Shown here piece by piece: positions 36,091 to 49,036 of a stretch of 64,000 bases of DNA. The position numbers and the translations under genes are program-made. The notes beneath the pieces were generated by a model. It was not told the origin of the DNA, did not search any database, and saw only the letters and a program-made list of their open reading frames with translations. The DNA is from Selaginella moellendorffii (lineage: Eukaryota; Plantae; Lycopodiophyta): the NCBI RefSeq assembly GCF_000143415.4, contig NW_003314385.1:91296-155295 (forward strand), written 5' to 3'. The first letter of the stretch is position 1. Each line of letters opens with the position of its first letter.

Positions 36091-37959
36091 TATTTTAGAA
36101 CGTAAAGTTACAAAGAACAAGAAGAAGAAAAAAGAAATAAAAGTACTTAAACCAACTAAACCTAAGAAACTAGAACTATTTTGCAATATAACCAAATTTT
36201 ATGTTGGAGCAAACTTATTAGCAAGAGAAGCTTGCTAATATAGATAGATTTGATATCAATAGTTTATCCTACCCTAGCTGCTTAAAATGTATAAAGATAA
36301 CTCTTTTGTCCCCTTTAATCTAATTAAAAAAGAGGTAATTATTTGATAAAAGAACTCTACTATTTTATCCCTATTTATCCCCTAAAATTCAAAAGATCCA
36401 CAGTGATAGTATATTATGGTTTAATGACAAAGAAGTCTTAGAGGTCAATAGGACTTAATAGACAAGCCTTTAAACCCCAACTCAATAACAATGCTAGCAA
36501 TCACTACCATGAATAGATAGGGATTCAGTAGAGATCAAATAAAAGATTACCAACTAACACATCCAAACTAGACATAAATGTAAACTTTTAAATTTGGACT
36601 TCTTGATAGGTCATTCAGCCCAAAAACCCTAAATATCCCAAAACCCTAGAAAAATGAATTCACTTTTATTTATGAGCTCTTTCCCTTTGTATTTGAACCC
36701 TTATGGAAATAATTGTTTTGGTTATTTACAATAGAAAAAGAGTGATATAACTTAGTAGAAGCAAAATTAATATCTCATGTGGTTGATTACTATCTCTACT
36801 ATATATTTGGAACCCCTTATAATCTACCCCTTGCCCCATATAAAAGCTCATTTTATATTTTCAACTAAATAATCTCTAGGACAAGTTTGAAAATGGAATG
36901 GTGTTAAATTTCAAATTGGAATATAGGAACACTACTATAACTTTACATTAACATCTTTGGTAGATTTAGGCATATTCTATAAATAGTTAATGGGACTAAA
37001 ATAGAACCAACATACAAAATATGATAGTGAGAGTGTTTGGCTATATGGCAATGTTTAATTTAACTGACTTAAGCCTCCAATTTTGGGTTGCCACATCTAC
37101 CACCTCAACAAGCTTGCCACTCATCCATCTCATCAAAAAGCACTTACCAGCCTAATACTAGGCTCACCTATTTTAGGTAGGAACAAGCTTACCCTACCTT
37201 TGAACTAACTTATTTTCTGGGGCAAGAGGAGGTGATGCTGCAAGTGAAGGCTACAAGAGAATACAAGTTTATAGGTATATGAAATTTAAAATTTAAAATT
37301 TAAAGCCTTCAAATAAATTTCATATGTTCTAATAGATGCTTATATGAAGCTGTTGGTTTTACTTCCTTTTGCTATAGAAATGGATAAGGACTAAAGACAA
37401 ACTGAGACTAGGTTTCTGAATTCACCAAAATGTACTAATACTCCAGTGAAGAATAGGTGGCATTGACATTTAGTTTTGTGTAAACCAGGAGTGTTGCACT
37501 CAATTGTTGTGCTGTTTTGCAAACGGTATAGGCAGTGGATATACTTAGAATATTTTTGAATATTTTAGGATATTCTACCATCTAACTGTTATTAATGTTT
37601 ATAATCTATAAACTTTCTTAAACACTTCCTGATATTCAATAAGATTAATCTTGTATTTATATGTTATAAACTTCCATTTGATTAATTAGATGCATGCAAC
37701 GCACAGCAAAAAATTATTATTATTATTATTCTGGTCACTCATTAATCTTTGATACTGCGTGGACCACTGCTCTTATGAACAGTAGGTAAGAAGCTGGAAC
37801 GCACTCCAATCTGCATGTGTGTAGATACTTTGCGTACATATAATTGCATAACCGTAGTACCAGCTGGCTACCTTTGAATGATTATATGAATCTGTTAGAA
37901 CAAAAATCATGAAAATGATATAATATTTATGCATATGAGCTGTGTGAGATGTGTAAATT

Positions 37960-39275
37960 ATGAAGGTGGAGCTTGAGTTAGCGCGACTTTCTTATGAGCA
38001 GTCACCAATACTTTGGCTGGCTGCCGGGCTTGGTGTCAATGAATTCTTTGCTCATAAGTTCTCGCAGCTTGTCTACCTTTGGGGATCCATCGTTCTTGGG
38101 GTCAATACCGACGATCTTCCGGTTGAGCAGTTCTTTTTGTCAGTCGCTCTGCTTGTGATTAGGTACTTTAGAATACATGTTCTTCCGAAGCCCTCTCCAG
38201 AAGACTTGTGGAGCTACAGTATCCTCGCAGTATTCGGCTTGATACTTGACGTGTTTAGTATGGCGGTGGGTTGCTCCGGCCTTGCTTTGATGTCAAATGA
38301 GTTCAGCCTCTCGATCTTTCTACTGGTGTTCTACTCTTTCTCCTTGCTCGAGACGTTAATCTATTTCCTGGCGAGGGTATCTTGTTTTGCACGAAAGTAT
38401 TCTATCTGAGGAAACTCTACAAGCTCTTGCATGAACAGCAGGTAAGCAACGAGCAAGATGCTGAGAATCAGGAATGCAATGGTAATGGCCCAGCAACAGT
38501 GCCAGTTCATGACAAGTTCAATGTTCAGCTCCTGAATGCTGTTGCCTTCCTTGAGATTTACAGCATGCACCATGAGAAGCCCGCTTACTATGATGCTTTG
38601 GACAAAGAACAAGTGTGCGTTCGCAACATTATGGTTTCATCAGAGGGTGGCAAGAAGCGCTGGTCCTTGCCAGCGCTTAGTGGATCTTCCACTCTACTGA
38701 TTCGGAAGGGCATTCTGCACAATGTGGACTTGGACGAGGTCCTTGAGTTCATCTACAAACGCTACAACGACCCTGCAACTTGGCTACAGAATCTGAAGTA
38801 CCGCTGCACAAAGTATGAAGTACCTGCACACAAGATTGGGGAGAATCCTACAACTTCAATTTCTTTCACAGGTCCTTGTGGTTTTTGTGTTCGTCACTGT
38901 GAACATTCTCTTTCTTCTCCACTGGATGACGAGTATGAAGAACGTATAAGTTATGTTTCACACAACAAGCCTCTGATCAAACGGATCTTCAATGAGCTCC
39001 TCACCTGGGAAAGCAGCCTTGACATCCGACGGTCCGCGGTGGCACTCTTGCTTTGCATCTGCGAAAACAAGGAGGCTGCTTCCGTGGTATCTCAAGCTGC
39101 TAAATCGGATGACCGACGACTCCAAGCACTTCAAAACGCCTTGCCTCCCAGTCCGGATAACGAGCTTAACAGGCTTCTGCAGAAACTAAATCTTTCAGAA
39201 AATGATCTCCAACAGGGTGAGACTCTGGACCTGAAGAACAAGGTCACAGAAACAAAACAAAAGTACATGATATAG
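37960..39275 (+). pseudogene. Multi-TM + ARM-like (BLE2-family-like) gene split by a frameshift near 38390
   Basis: 149-aa hydrophobic ORF (LWGSIVLG..FFLSVALL; VFYSFSLLETLIYFL) overlaps a 297-aa ORF in another frame; no usable intron at the junction. Family resemblance from memory. Confidence 0.45.
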
Positions 39276-40922
39276 ATATGTGTATACATATGTGGCTTTT
39301 CTATTTCATTGTGAGATATGCCATTAGGAAAGAAGATAAAAGAATCCATAAATCCATATATATATATATATATATATCTAAAATGCTTCTCTTCCTTTGG
39401 TCCTTTAGTTCCAACTAGTATAATTGTGAGAATGCATAGTTTATTATGTTTTTATTCTAAAATGAATTTATCTATAAATAAATTAACTGTTAAAAATGAA
39501 GTTTTAATTGAATGAGATACTATAATAAACATATTTTCTTTGCAACATATGCCATACCTATATCTAGATCCTATACCACAAAATGTTTGAGGCTTGGTTG
39601 CTCAAAGAGTGTAGCTAAACCTTAAATTTAATCTAATATAGGAGGGGGATTAAAGTGAGTTTGGGAAATCCATGAAGTGATGGGTAACATTTTATTACTC
39701 ATATAATAAATAGTTAAATTTAAATAAAACCAAGTAGAAATTAATATAATAAATAGAAATTTTGGCAAAGGAATTTAGCTAATCCAAAGGCAAAGGTGGT
39801 TGAGTAAATAAGGTAAACTGGAAAATTGGAAAAGGAAATTTTTTAGGTTATAAATAATATCTATTGATCACTTAATATAGTTCTTTTGTAAGCTCTTAAA
39901 TTTAAATTTCTTAAAATGTCACTTAGCCCAATATTACTCAAACCCAAGAATGCATAATATATGAGTTCACATATAATAAAAGCCCATAGTTAAAGAATTT
40001 TATGCCATATGAATTCCTTTTATATTGAAGAAGATTAAATTTAGTTTTTTTCTATTAGAAATTATAGTAGTATTATACAATTTTCTCTTTGACTTAATTG
40101 CTTATTGGACTTATGTTATTTAATTTCTTGTTATATTTAGGATATGTTTTAACTTTTGAATAAAATTGTTAATTGAACCTAAACTAATCATTTCAACGTC
40201 AACTTTTATATTTAATGGATTATGTTAACTTCTTTTGACTCGAGCTTAGCTCTTGAGGTGAGCTCAAAAACCACCTAACCCTTTGTTTTTCCAACAACAA
40301 AATTTGTGAGTGTAAGTTTTGCAAAGATAGAGGATAATGTTGGTCCCTCTTCAAATCATGATCATACTGGAATGATCAGAAGTTCAGGTAAGGATTTTAA
40401 TATGTTTTACTATCATGGTTATAATACTCCTTTTTTTGCAGATGATGAAGATAAACTCCTCTTAACTTTGTCGAAGGATCCAAAAGCTGCCAAAACTCTA
40501 TCACCATTAATACAACCACTTTCAAGAATTGTAACATAACTAGTTATGTAGCTTTCAATATTTTCATAGGTGTTGGGCAGCAAGAGTTAGAGCTGTTTAA
40601 GCTTACTCCAGCCAAATAATAATAAAAAACAATATATTCAGTGTGTGAATATGGTAGTATATGTTCTAGAGAACATGCGTGCCATGTGGGTGGGAATACA
40701 TGTTTTGGAGAGCATATAGAAGCCATGTAGGATGATAATGGTTTGGCAGTAACATTCTCATAAATAACAAATCTCAATCCAATGGCACGGCCGGATCACC
40801 TTAATGAGCAAGAGAGTTCAAGTAGGCACCACTCGCCCAGGAAACAGTCAGGAAGGCGAAAAACATTCCTCGCCAAGTTGGCGTCACTACCATAAGATCT
40901 CATCCACCTCCATGTGTAACTG

Positions 40923-42617
40923 TTAGTCACAATCACTCACATGTAAGAGATGGTTTCTCATTAATACATACGAAGAGCCGCAGTTTGGATCCATTTCATT
41001 TGCTGCTGACTGCCATCGCTTGGTGTCGTGGTGAATCTTGCAAGCATTTGCAAATGCCACCCATATCTGTGTCTCGGCCTGGAAAGGCATGGCGTCAAGA
41101 ACATCCCAAGCGCACTCTAGATGCCCCGCGCGTCCAAAGCTGTCAACCACGCAGCAGTAGTGCTCTTGCCCGGGAAGAATCCCATAGTCCTGCTGCATGG
41201 ATCTCAAGTAGTGGCAAACTCGCCAGAGTCCACCCAGCTGACTACATGCCGTGAGCAAGCTCACAAACGAGACCCCTCGCGGACAGAGGCCCTCGAGCGC
41301 CATGGATTGGAAGAGTGTAATTGTTTGTCCGGCAAGCCCCGCGTTGGCCAGAGCCGTGAGCATCGTGTTCCAGGACCACTCGTCTCGTTTCGGCATTATA
41401 TCGAAGAAAAGCCGGGCTTGGCGGACGCTGCTCTGTGCGTGCGCTGCAATCAGCGTGTTCCAGGACACCACATTCGTCTCGGGCATTCTCTCAAACGCGG
41501 CCACTGCCTCGTCGACATGCCCTTGGTTAGCATTCACTGCGATCATGGAGTTCCAGGAGAGAGTGCTCCATTTTGGCATTCGATCAAAGACTTTCTTGGC
41601 TTGTTCTGTATGGCCATTGAGGCCAAAGGCTGCCACCATTGCATCGCACGACACAAGATCTCGATTGGGCATGGAGCAAAACATTTGTGTGGCGCGGTCG
41701 AGTGTCCCCGGGGATTGGGCGTAGCAAACCATCATCGACGTCCAAGTAACTGGATCCCATACGGGGATTTGAGAGAAGAGGTTCTCTACCTCTTGCGTCC
41801 CTCCGGCATGAGCGTAAGCCGTGATTACCGTGTTCCATGACACTCGGTCTCTTACAGGCATCGACTCAAACAGGATCTTGGATCTTGCGAGGTTACCACT
41901 GCGAGCTGCCGCGGCGATGAGGGAGTTCCATGACACAACGTCCGGCTCTGGGATGGCCTGGAACAGATCCATGGCTGCCTGGAGCTGCCCTCTTTGAGCA
42001 TATCCAGCAAGCATCGTGTTCCAGGAGTTCACAATAGTTTCTGACATCCTGCTCATCACCTCGAGGGCGTTATCTATCATTCCAAGCTGGGTGTATGCAG
42101 TGATCATCGCGTTCCAAGACACCACATTTCTCTCCGGCATCCTTGTAAAGATTTGGCTCGCATCTTGGACATGCCCGGCTTGGGCATATGCGCAAAGAAG
42201 AGACGTCCAAGAGATTACATTGGTCTCTGGCATTTTCCCCAGAAAGTACTCTGCAGCATCTATATCCCCAGATTGTGCCAAGACCCCAACAATCATTGTC
42301 CAGGAAATCTCGCTGCGACATGGCATTACTTGAAACAGTGACTTTGCTAGCAAAACGTTCCCGCAATGGGCATATGCAGAAATAATCAGGTTCCAGGAGA
42401 CAGCATTAGGCTTGTGAATCGAATTAAAGACGCGACGGGCCTCCTCCAGGCTCCCACATCGAGAATACATCTGGATCAAAAGATTGGAGAGATACGTATG
42501 CTGGTGTGGGTTAACGAGATGCCGCTGGATGCAGGCGTGAATGGCGCGCGCCTCGCTCAGATCCTTCGCCGATCTCACTAGTGTCACGTAAAACGTGCTC
42601 TTACAAGACCCTGTCAT
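40923..42617 (-). CDS. PLS/E-class pentatricopeptide repeat protein, intronless
   Basis: NLLIQMYSRCGSLEEARRVF, repeated MPERNVVSWNAMI units, EHYCCVVDSFGRAGHL, SSYVLM (E domain); no DYW. Confidence 0.92.
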   Translation of the reverse strand: MTGSCKSTFYVTLVRSAKDLSEARAIHACIQRHLVNPHQHTYLSNLLIQMYSRCGSLEEARRVFNSIHKPNAVSWNLIISAYAHCGNVLLAKSLFQVMPCRSEISWTMIVGVLAQSGDIDAAEYFLGKMPETNVISWTSLLCAYAQAGHVQDASQIFTRMPERNVVSWNAMITAYTQLGMIDNALEVMSRMSETIVNSWNTMLAGYAQRGQLQAAMDLFQAIPEPDVVSWNSLIAAAARSGNLARSKILFESMPVRDRVSWNTVITAYAHAGGTQEVENLFSQIPVWDPVTWTSMMVCYAQSPGTLDRATQMFCSMPNRDLVSCDAMVAAFGLNGHTEQAKKVFDRMPKWSTLSWNSMIAVNANQGHVDEAVAAFERMPETNVVSWNTLIAAHAQSSVRQARLFFDIMPKRDEWSWNTMLTALANAGLAGQTITLFQSMALEGLCPRGVSFVSLLTACSQLGGLWRVCHYLRSMQQDYGILPGQEHYCCVVDSFGRAGHLECAWDVLDAMPFQAETQIWVAFANACKIHHDTKRWQSAANEMDPNCGSSYVLMRNHLLHVSDCD

Positions 42618-42727
42618 CCATTACACTGGAGCAAACCCAGGAAAATTTGCCAGAGAATGCCCGGAGTGGGCATCTGGAGACGCAAGCGTCCAGTTAAGAG
42701 CTGGTTTATCTTTGAAGAGATTGGCTT

Positions 42728-42768
42728 ACGTGGCATCCGGCGGGCCAATGGCAATGAGCCCCTTATCC
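42728..42768 (+). promoter_or_regulatory. Light-responsive-type elements (G-box-like ACGTGGC, CCAAT, I-box-like CTTATCC) before PsbP
   Basis: ACGTGGC 42728, CCAAT 42745, CTTATCC 42762; ACGTGGC also occurs upstream of PsaD at 30668. Confidence 0.45.
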
Positions 42769-42836
42769 ACAAGGGATCCAATTGGTGGCGGGAGAAAGAG
42801 AGGGCTTTCTCCAATCGATCCATCCATCCGAGAGCA

Positions 42837-43837
42837 ATGGCGGCCACAGCGGCAATGGTGTCCTCGGCGGCGGCATTGGCATCGTCGCGGAGCGGCGTCC
42901 ATGGCGCCAGCCTCGTCTTGGCCAAGGCGCCCCTCCCCAAGGCGGTGGCGGCGAGGCAAAGCCTGAGCTGCAGCTGCTCCATGGCGGACGAGGAGGAGCA
43001 AGGAGTGTCGAGGAGACTGGCCTTGGCGCTGGCGGCCGGAGCTCTTGTGGCCACCGGCAAGGTGTCCACTGCGAGTGCGGCTTATGGCGAGGCGGGTAAG
43101 CCGTTCTCCTCTTCCTTGCCATGGTTTTAGCTAGCAAGCTAATCCAATTGTCTCCTCGCTTTGCTCGAGCAGCCAATGTGTTTGGCTCGCCAAAGCAACA
43201 GTCGGGCTTCACCACCTTGACCGGCGATGGCTTCAAGCTGGACGTGCCCTCCAAGTGGAATCCCAGCAAAGAACTCGAGTTCCCTGGCACACTGCTGCGA
43301 TACGAGGACAACTTCGACCAAAAATCCAACCTTGCAGTCATGGTCATCCCCACGGACAAGAAATCCATCACCGACTACGGATCGCCCGAGGACTTTCTCA
43401 GTGCTGTAAGTATCAATCATCTCATGTCGATTCACTTGATTTCTTGCTTTCTTTTGCAGTATAGCTATCTCCTCGGCAAGCAGGCCTATGCTGGCAAGAC
43501 CGTCTCAGAGGTATAGTTCATCTCATCCATGTCCATGAATCGAGCTCAAAGTTTTTGCGTGAATCCTGGCTGGCAGGGAGGATTTGATCCCAACGCCGTG
43601 GCCACTGCCGCGGTGCTACAATCCAAGACAAAAGACATCAATGGGAAGAAGTACTACGATCTGGATGTACTGACCAGAACAGCCGACGGTGACGAGGGTG
43701 GCACGCACCAGCTGATCGTTGCGTCCATCAACAATGGCAAGCTCTACTTGCTCAAGGCACAAGCGGGCGACAAGAGGTGGTTCAAGGGCGCGCAGAAGTT
43801 CGTCAAGGGTGTTGCCGAATCCTTCAGCTTGGCTTAG
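42837..43837 (+). CDS. PsbP: Oxygen-evolving enhancer protein 2
   Basis: Twin-Arg [13 protein letters not shown]|[51 protein letters not shown]. Confidence 0.97.
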
Positions 43838-43979
43838 ATATATATACCTTATAGCAAGCTCCACCACAAAGCTCTAAAACGTGAAAGAAAGCGATCCTTA
43901 AATTCATCGCTGATCGCTCTCGCTCTCGATAGAGGTGTACATTTTCTACGATGCTTGCGTGAATTTTATTCAAGGAATA

Positions 43980-45422
43980 TCAGAAGAATTTAAATTGTAA
44001 ACCAGTTTGGCGCGAACGATTACTCTCGAGAACTTTGTTGATCAAGTCTTTGATCTTCCGAGGCGATACCTTGAAAGCAGCGCGAGCGGCCTGTTTCACC
44101 TGGGCAGCCTTGCTCCTCACAAGTTCGCCCTCGTCAATCACCGCGCGAAAAGCTTGCTCGAAAGCAATTCTCGTGATCAAACCATCTTTTCCATCTTTCG
44201 CCAGCCCCACGCCAATCCCCAAGTGCTCCACGATAATCCGTGCGTTCCCTCGCTGCTCTCCATAAAATGGCATCGTGATCATCGGAACGCCCCGGCTTAA
44301 GCTCTCCATCGTTGAGTTCCATCCGCAGTGGGTCATGAAACCACCCACGGCCCTGTGCGACAGAACCAAGAGCTGTGGTGCCCATTTCCTCACCGCCATT
44401 CCTGTCTTGTTCGTCGTCGCCCGTTCCAGGAATCCTTCCGGAAGTAACTCCTCGGCACCATTGTGCAAAACCCACAGAAATCTCTTCTCGCTTGCTTCCA
44501 ATCCAAGCGCAAGCTCTTCGATTTGTTTCCGGTTAGCGCGAGCGAAGCTTCCAAACGAGATGTACACGACGGACGCGGTGGGCTGCTCGTCCAGCCATGC
44601 CAAGCACTCGACTTTGTCATAGTCTTCACAAGCATTGTCCTCCGCGAAGTAAGAGTCTGGAAGCAAAGGCCCGATATCCACGAAAGGAACCTTGTTGGGA
44701 TTTATCTGGGGGTTCTCGCTCACAGCGATGCATGCCTCCTCCTCGATCGCAGCAAACGTGTTGCACATCACTCCAGCTGCCTCGTGATCTCGAACAGCGT
44801 TTGTCACGTAGAAATCCCGCATGACTTTGGGGACTGTCTCTAAGATCAAGTCGATAACTTGGTCGCTCGAGAGTGGCGAGAGTCCAGCCGAATCTATCCC
44901 GGGTATTCGCACCAGCTCTTGAACTCGTACAGGAAGCTTGTTCTGGTGTAGCATATTCTTGACGTAGAAATGGAAGGCTAGTGCCATTCCCGGCGATGGG
45001 TAGAAGATAATCCTGGGAATGTTGAGCTCGTCTGCTACGTCTTGGGCCCAGGAAGCAAGCAAGTTGTCCGTGATGATGCAGCTTATAGGAGGATTGGCAG
45101 CACTAATGAGCTCCTTAAGTTCTACTCCATCTTCGGGATGGAATCCAAAGGCCCAGCCCATGAGCTCCATCGAGTCGTGCCCTGAGCTCGATTCCTGCTG
45201 CTCTTTGGAAGGGAAGTTTTTCTTGAGCGTCTGGAACTTGATGTGTGGGTTGCATGCTCGTGCTTTGGCCTCTCTCTTCACTTGCTCAAGCCTAAAATCA
45301 TGACAAACGTAGCTTACCTCGAAATCAAGGCCGGCTAGCCTGCTCGCGAGCACCAAAGCTGGGATCATATGCCCTTGAGCTGAATAAGGAACCACCATCA
45401 AGTGAGGGACCTCCTCCTCCAT
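43980..45422 (-). CDS. Family 1 UDP-glycosyltransferase, intronless
   Basis: VPYSAQGHMIP, SVVYISFGS, PSPG box WAPQLLVLSHRAVGGFMTHCGWNSTMESLSRGVPMITMPFYGEQ. Confidence 0.95.
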   Translation of the reverse strand: MEEEVPHLMVVPYSAQGHMIPALVLASRLAGLDFEVSYVCHDFRLEQVKREAKARACNPHIKFQTLKKNFPSKEQQESSSGHDSMELMGWAFGFHPEDGVELKELISAANPPISCIITDNLLASWAQDVADELNIPRIIFYPSPGMALAFHFYVKNMLHQNKLPVRVQELVRIPGIDSAGLSPLSSDQVIDLILETVPKVMRDFYVTNAVRDHEAAGVMCNTFAAIEEEACIAVSENPQINPNKVPFVDIGPLLPDSYFAEDNACEDYDKVECLAWLDEQPTASVVYISFGSFARANRKQIEELALGLEASEKRFLWVLHNGAEELLPEGFLERATTNKTGMAVRKWAPQLLVLSHRAVGGFMTHCGWNSTMESLSRGVPMITMPFYGEQRGNARIIVEHLGIGVGLAKDGKDGLITRIAFEQAFRAVIDEGELVRSKAAQVKQAARAAFKVSPRKIKDLINKVLESNRSRQTGLQFKFF

Positions 45423-45741
45423 TATTGATCACTCTCCTTGGTACCCTGGACTTCCTTCTAGACAGGCCTTGAAACAAATGGTGCCAAAATGATCACTGTT
45501 GTTCCGGCAAAAATGAAGCAGCATAGCTCGCTCGTAGCATCGACAAACAAGCTAAAACGAATCTTAAGACAGAGCATAAAAAACAAAACAAATACCATCG
45601 GTGAGGATCGGCTTGTTAGCTTATGCCACCACCTCGGGTAGTTGTCCATCATACTTGATAACCTCCTCTAACTCGTCATTGTTACATGACACACCTCACC
45701 ACATCTGTTAGTGCAGTGTGCTTTGATCCCGATTTGTCTCA

Positions 45742-46782
45742 TGGTATCGGAGCTGGGATAGCATTATGGAAGGAAAGCCATCCATCCACAAGTTTGATGG
45801 AGAAGAGATTCAAGATCCATCTTGAATCCTACCTCTTGTTTCATGGTTTGTAGGGGATTGTAGATGGGACAGAGCCATCACCAGCTCTAGGCTTTAGCGC
45901 TGCTGAGGTGCATGGTTAGAACGTTTGGGATTCCAAGGCTAGAGGGAGTATTGTGATGTGCTTGTCCTTGAATGTTTTCTTTGCTGCTCCATCAATTCTA
46001 AAGTCCATTGTGGTAGTGCTTTGGACATGGTTGAGTGACACTTACAGCACCAAGAGTGAAATGGATGTCTTCAACTTCTATTCACAAATGGATTCCTTGA
46101 GGCTAGAGGAAAATGGTAGTATCCAGACTCACATTGCCAAACTCCAAGGCTTCTTCACACAATTTGCAATTGTTGGGGCAAAGCACTATCTCACATATGA
46201 GCAGCAAAAGATGCAACTCTATAAGTCCTTGCCAGCTAGTTGGAAGAATGCAGTTGAGAGCTTGCTTCTCCAACTAGGGATGACTTGGGCAGATGCCATG
46301 AGGAGTCTTCACAACATTGAAGCCATGTGGAACGAGAGAGCAGAAATACCATAGGCTATGTATGTTTTGCAGGCTTCTGGTAAGCCAAGGTGGCAAAACT
46401 GCATACAGCTGCAAATGCCCAGAAAGGGCAAAAATCCATGGCATCTGGGCATGCCAAGAATCAATGCATTTGCTGTTTGGAGATGGGCTATTGGGCTTGA
46501 GATTGTACTAGCTATGATGGCAAAAAGCCAATCTACTCAAGGGTGATGGAATTGGTACAACAAATGAGGCTATTGAGGAGCTCTACAATGTAGAGGCAGT
46601 TGTAGCACCGAGTAGGCAGCTCTTAGACTCTAGTTGTACTAATCTTATGGGCAATAAGAAGAGTTTTTTTGAGTGTTATCAGTTGAGAATTGGAAAATGT
46701 GGTGTTTATTTAGGTAACAATACCACTATCCCTGTGGAAGGCATTGGGCAATTTGGCTCTCACTTGACCATAACATTTAATG
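45742..46782 (+). mobile_element. Decayed Ty1/Copia element, 5' part (PBS, gag, Zn-knuckle remnant, protease)
   Basis: ..CA followed by TGGTATCGGAGC PBS at 45742; gag remnants (HGL*GIVDGTE, KSLPASW), CICCLEMGYWA*DC, protease LDSSCTNLM; stops present; 5' LTR start not determined. Confidence 0.8.
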
Positions 46783-47019
46783 TGTGAGACACAAAATCCC
46801 TAGGCCCCAAAGTGGAGCCGGAAGGGTGCCACGTGGTAGTGGCCGAAGCGAAAGCCAAACGAGTGTAGCACGTTTGGACTAAAAGCTCCGACTTGAGAGG
46901 TCGAGAGCGGGAGTGGAACTCCCAACAAAGTGCTCAAGGAGCGAGCACGAAGCGAACAATAAGCAAGGCTCCAAAAAGGGACCCAAAAAGGACCAACACA
47001 TGACACGTGGAAGTGTCCG

Positions 47020-47505
47020 AGATGGAGTCCGAGGCGGACCCTAGTTGGAGTCCGAGATGGACCCGAAGTGGAGTCCGAGATGGACCTGAGATGGAGTCCG
47101 AGATGGACCCGAGATGGAGTCCGAGATGAAGTCCGAGGTGGACCGAGACGGAGTCCAAGGTGGACTTGAGGTGGAGTCCGAGATGGACCGAGATGGAGTC
47201 CGAGATGGACCGAGACGGAGTCCGAGATGGAGTCCGAGATGGAGTCCGAGATGGAGTCCGAGGTGGACCCGAGGTGGAGTCCGAGATGGACCGAGACGGA
47301 GTCCGAGATGGAGTCCGAGATGGACCGAGACGGAGTCCGAGATGGAGTCCGAGATGGAGTCCAAGAAGGACCCGAGATGGAGACCGAGGTTGAGACCGAG
47401 ACCGGGACCGAGACCGAGACCGGGACCGAGACCGAGACCGAGACCGGGACCGAGACCGAGACCGAGGCCAAGGCTGAGACCGAGCCCGAGTCCGAGTCCG
47501 AGTCT
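47020..47505. repeat. LTR minisatellite (12-bp GATGGAGTCCGA, 11-bp GATGGACCCGA, 6-bp GAGACC), A 5' LTR
   Basis: Directly visible tandem array. Confidence 0.9.
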
Positions 47506-49036
47506 GAGAGGGTGAAAGCCCAAAGCGTTCGTCTCCCAGACCCTGGGGGGTTTGGTGAGCTCCAAAAGTATAGTAGGGGGGAGGACTGCAATGGAGCCAG
47601 TTTGGCCAGGAAAGGCCAGTTTGGCCTAGGAAGGCCAGACCCAGTGTTGGGTGATAAACTGACCACTGGGAAGTCCAAGACTAGAGTGAATACGGACCGA
47701 CAAGCAGGGTAGCTTGGTGAAGTGTTCAAGGGCCGGCTCTAGTTCCCCCGGGAGATCGACTGGCCGATGCTCCTAGTCCAAGTGTGGGTGGCGCTACTTA
47801 CTTGGATACCAGGCGTGGCTCAATAGAACCTCGCTCTAAGCCCATGGCTAGAGCACCTAAAGGCGAAAGGTGGGGAGAGTACCCAGGTGGCTCGCGTAAG
47901 GCCACGGTGTTCCGAAATGTTGTCCCAAAGGCCCAAACTGTGGAAAGGAAGAGGAGCAGTCCTCTGAGGTAGTGACCAAGGACACAGTCGTGTGGTGAGG
48001 AAGTCCCAGAGGACCGTGGGACTTAGTGGTCGGGTGTAAGCGACTAATTTTTCCATTCTACTTTAGTCACTTAACCACACCTCCAACCACTTAGAGGAGT
48101 CTCGTTCACAACCTCCATAGGTCCAATTTAGGACTTGGGACTTGCTAGCCCCAAGAATGGCATCCATGCCACTCCACACTTGCACCTGGTCCAAGTGCTC
48201 CACGTGTCCGGTCCCAAGACCGACACCCAAAGGTACCACTGACATCTCGGCCCGTTACGCTAAGGCCATGCCCATTCACCTTTGCTGCACTAGTGGTCCA
48301 ATACCACTTGCATCACCATCCCGTCTCTCCAAGACTGGGCCATCTGTCCACGAGTGGTCATCCTGGATCCACTCCTTAGCATCCTTAGGATGCCCACAGA
48401 CCTGGGGAATCGCCTTCCCGAAAGTCCCTTTGTCAGTTCCTACCAAGTCCCTTTCTGCCCCTGGCCGTGTTTGCCAACACTGCCACTGGATCGAGGCCCA
48501 CAGGCCCGACCACTAAGTCCCATGGTCCTCTGGGACTTCCTCACCACACGACTGTGTCCTTGGTCACTACCCCAGAGAACTGCTCCTCTTCCTTTCCACA
48601 GTCTGGGCCTTTGGGACAACATTTCGGAACACTGTGGCCTTACGCGAGCCACCTGGGTACTCTCCTCGCTTTCTGCCCTTGGGTGCTCTAGCCATGGGCT
48701 TAGAGCGGGTTCCGTTGAGCCACACCAGGTATCCAAGTAGGTAGTGCCACCCACACTTGGACTGGGAGCATCGGCCAGTCGATCTCCCGGGGGAACTAGA
48801 GCCGGCTCTTGAACACTTCACCAAGCTACCCCGCTTGTCGGTCCGTGTTCACTCTAGTCTTGGACTTCCCAGTGGGCAGCTCATCACCCAACACTGGGTC
48901 TGGCCTTCCTGGGCCAAACTGGCCTTTCCTGGCCAAACTGGCTCCACTGCAGTCCTCCCCCTTACTATACTTTTGGAGCTCACCAAACCCCCCAGGGTCT
49001 GGGAGACGAACGCTTTGGGCTTTCACCCTCTCAGGC

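Noticed and set aside
40306-40777. Two 77-aa ORFs in the AT-rich region
   Set aside because: Non-ATG starts and no motifs; probably decayed sequence.
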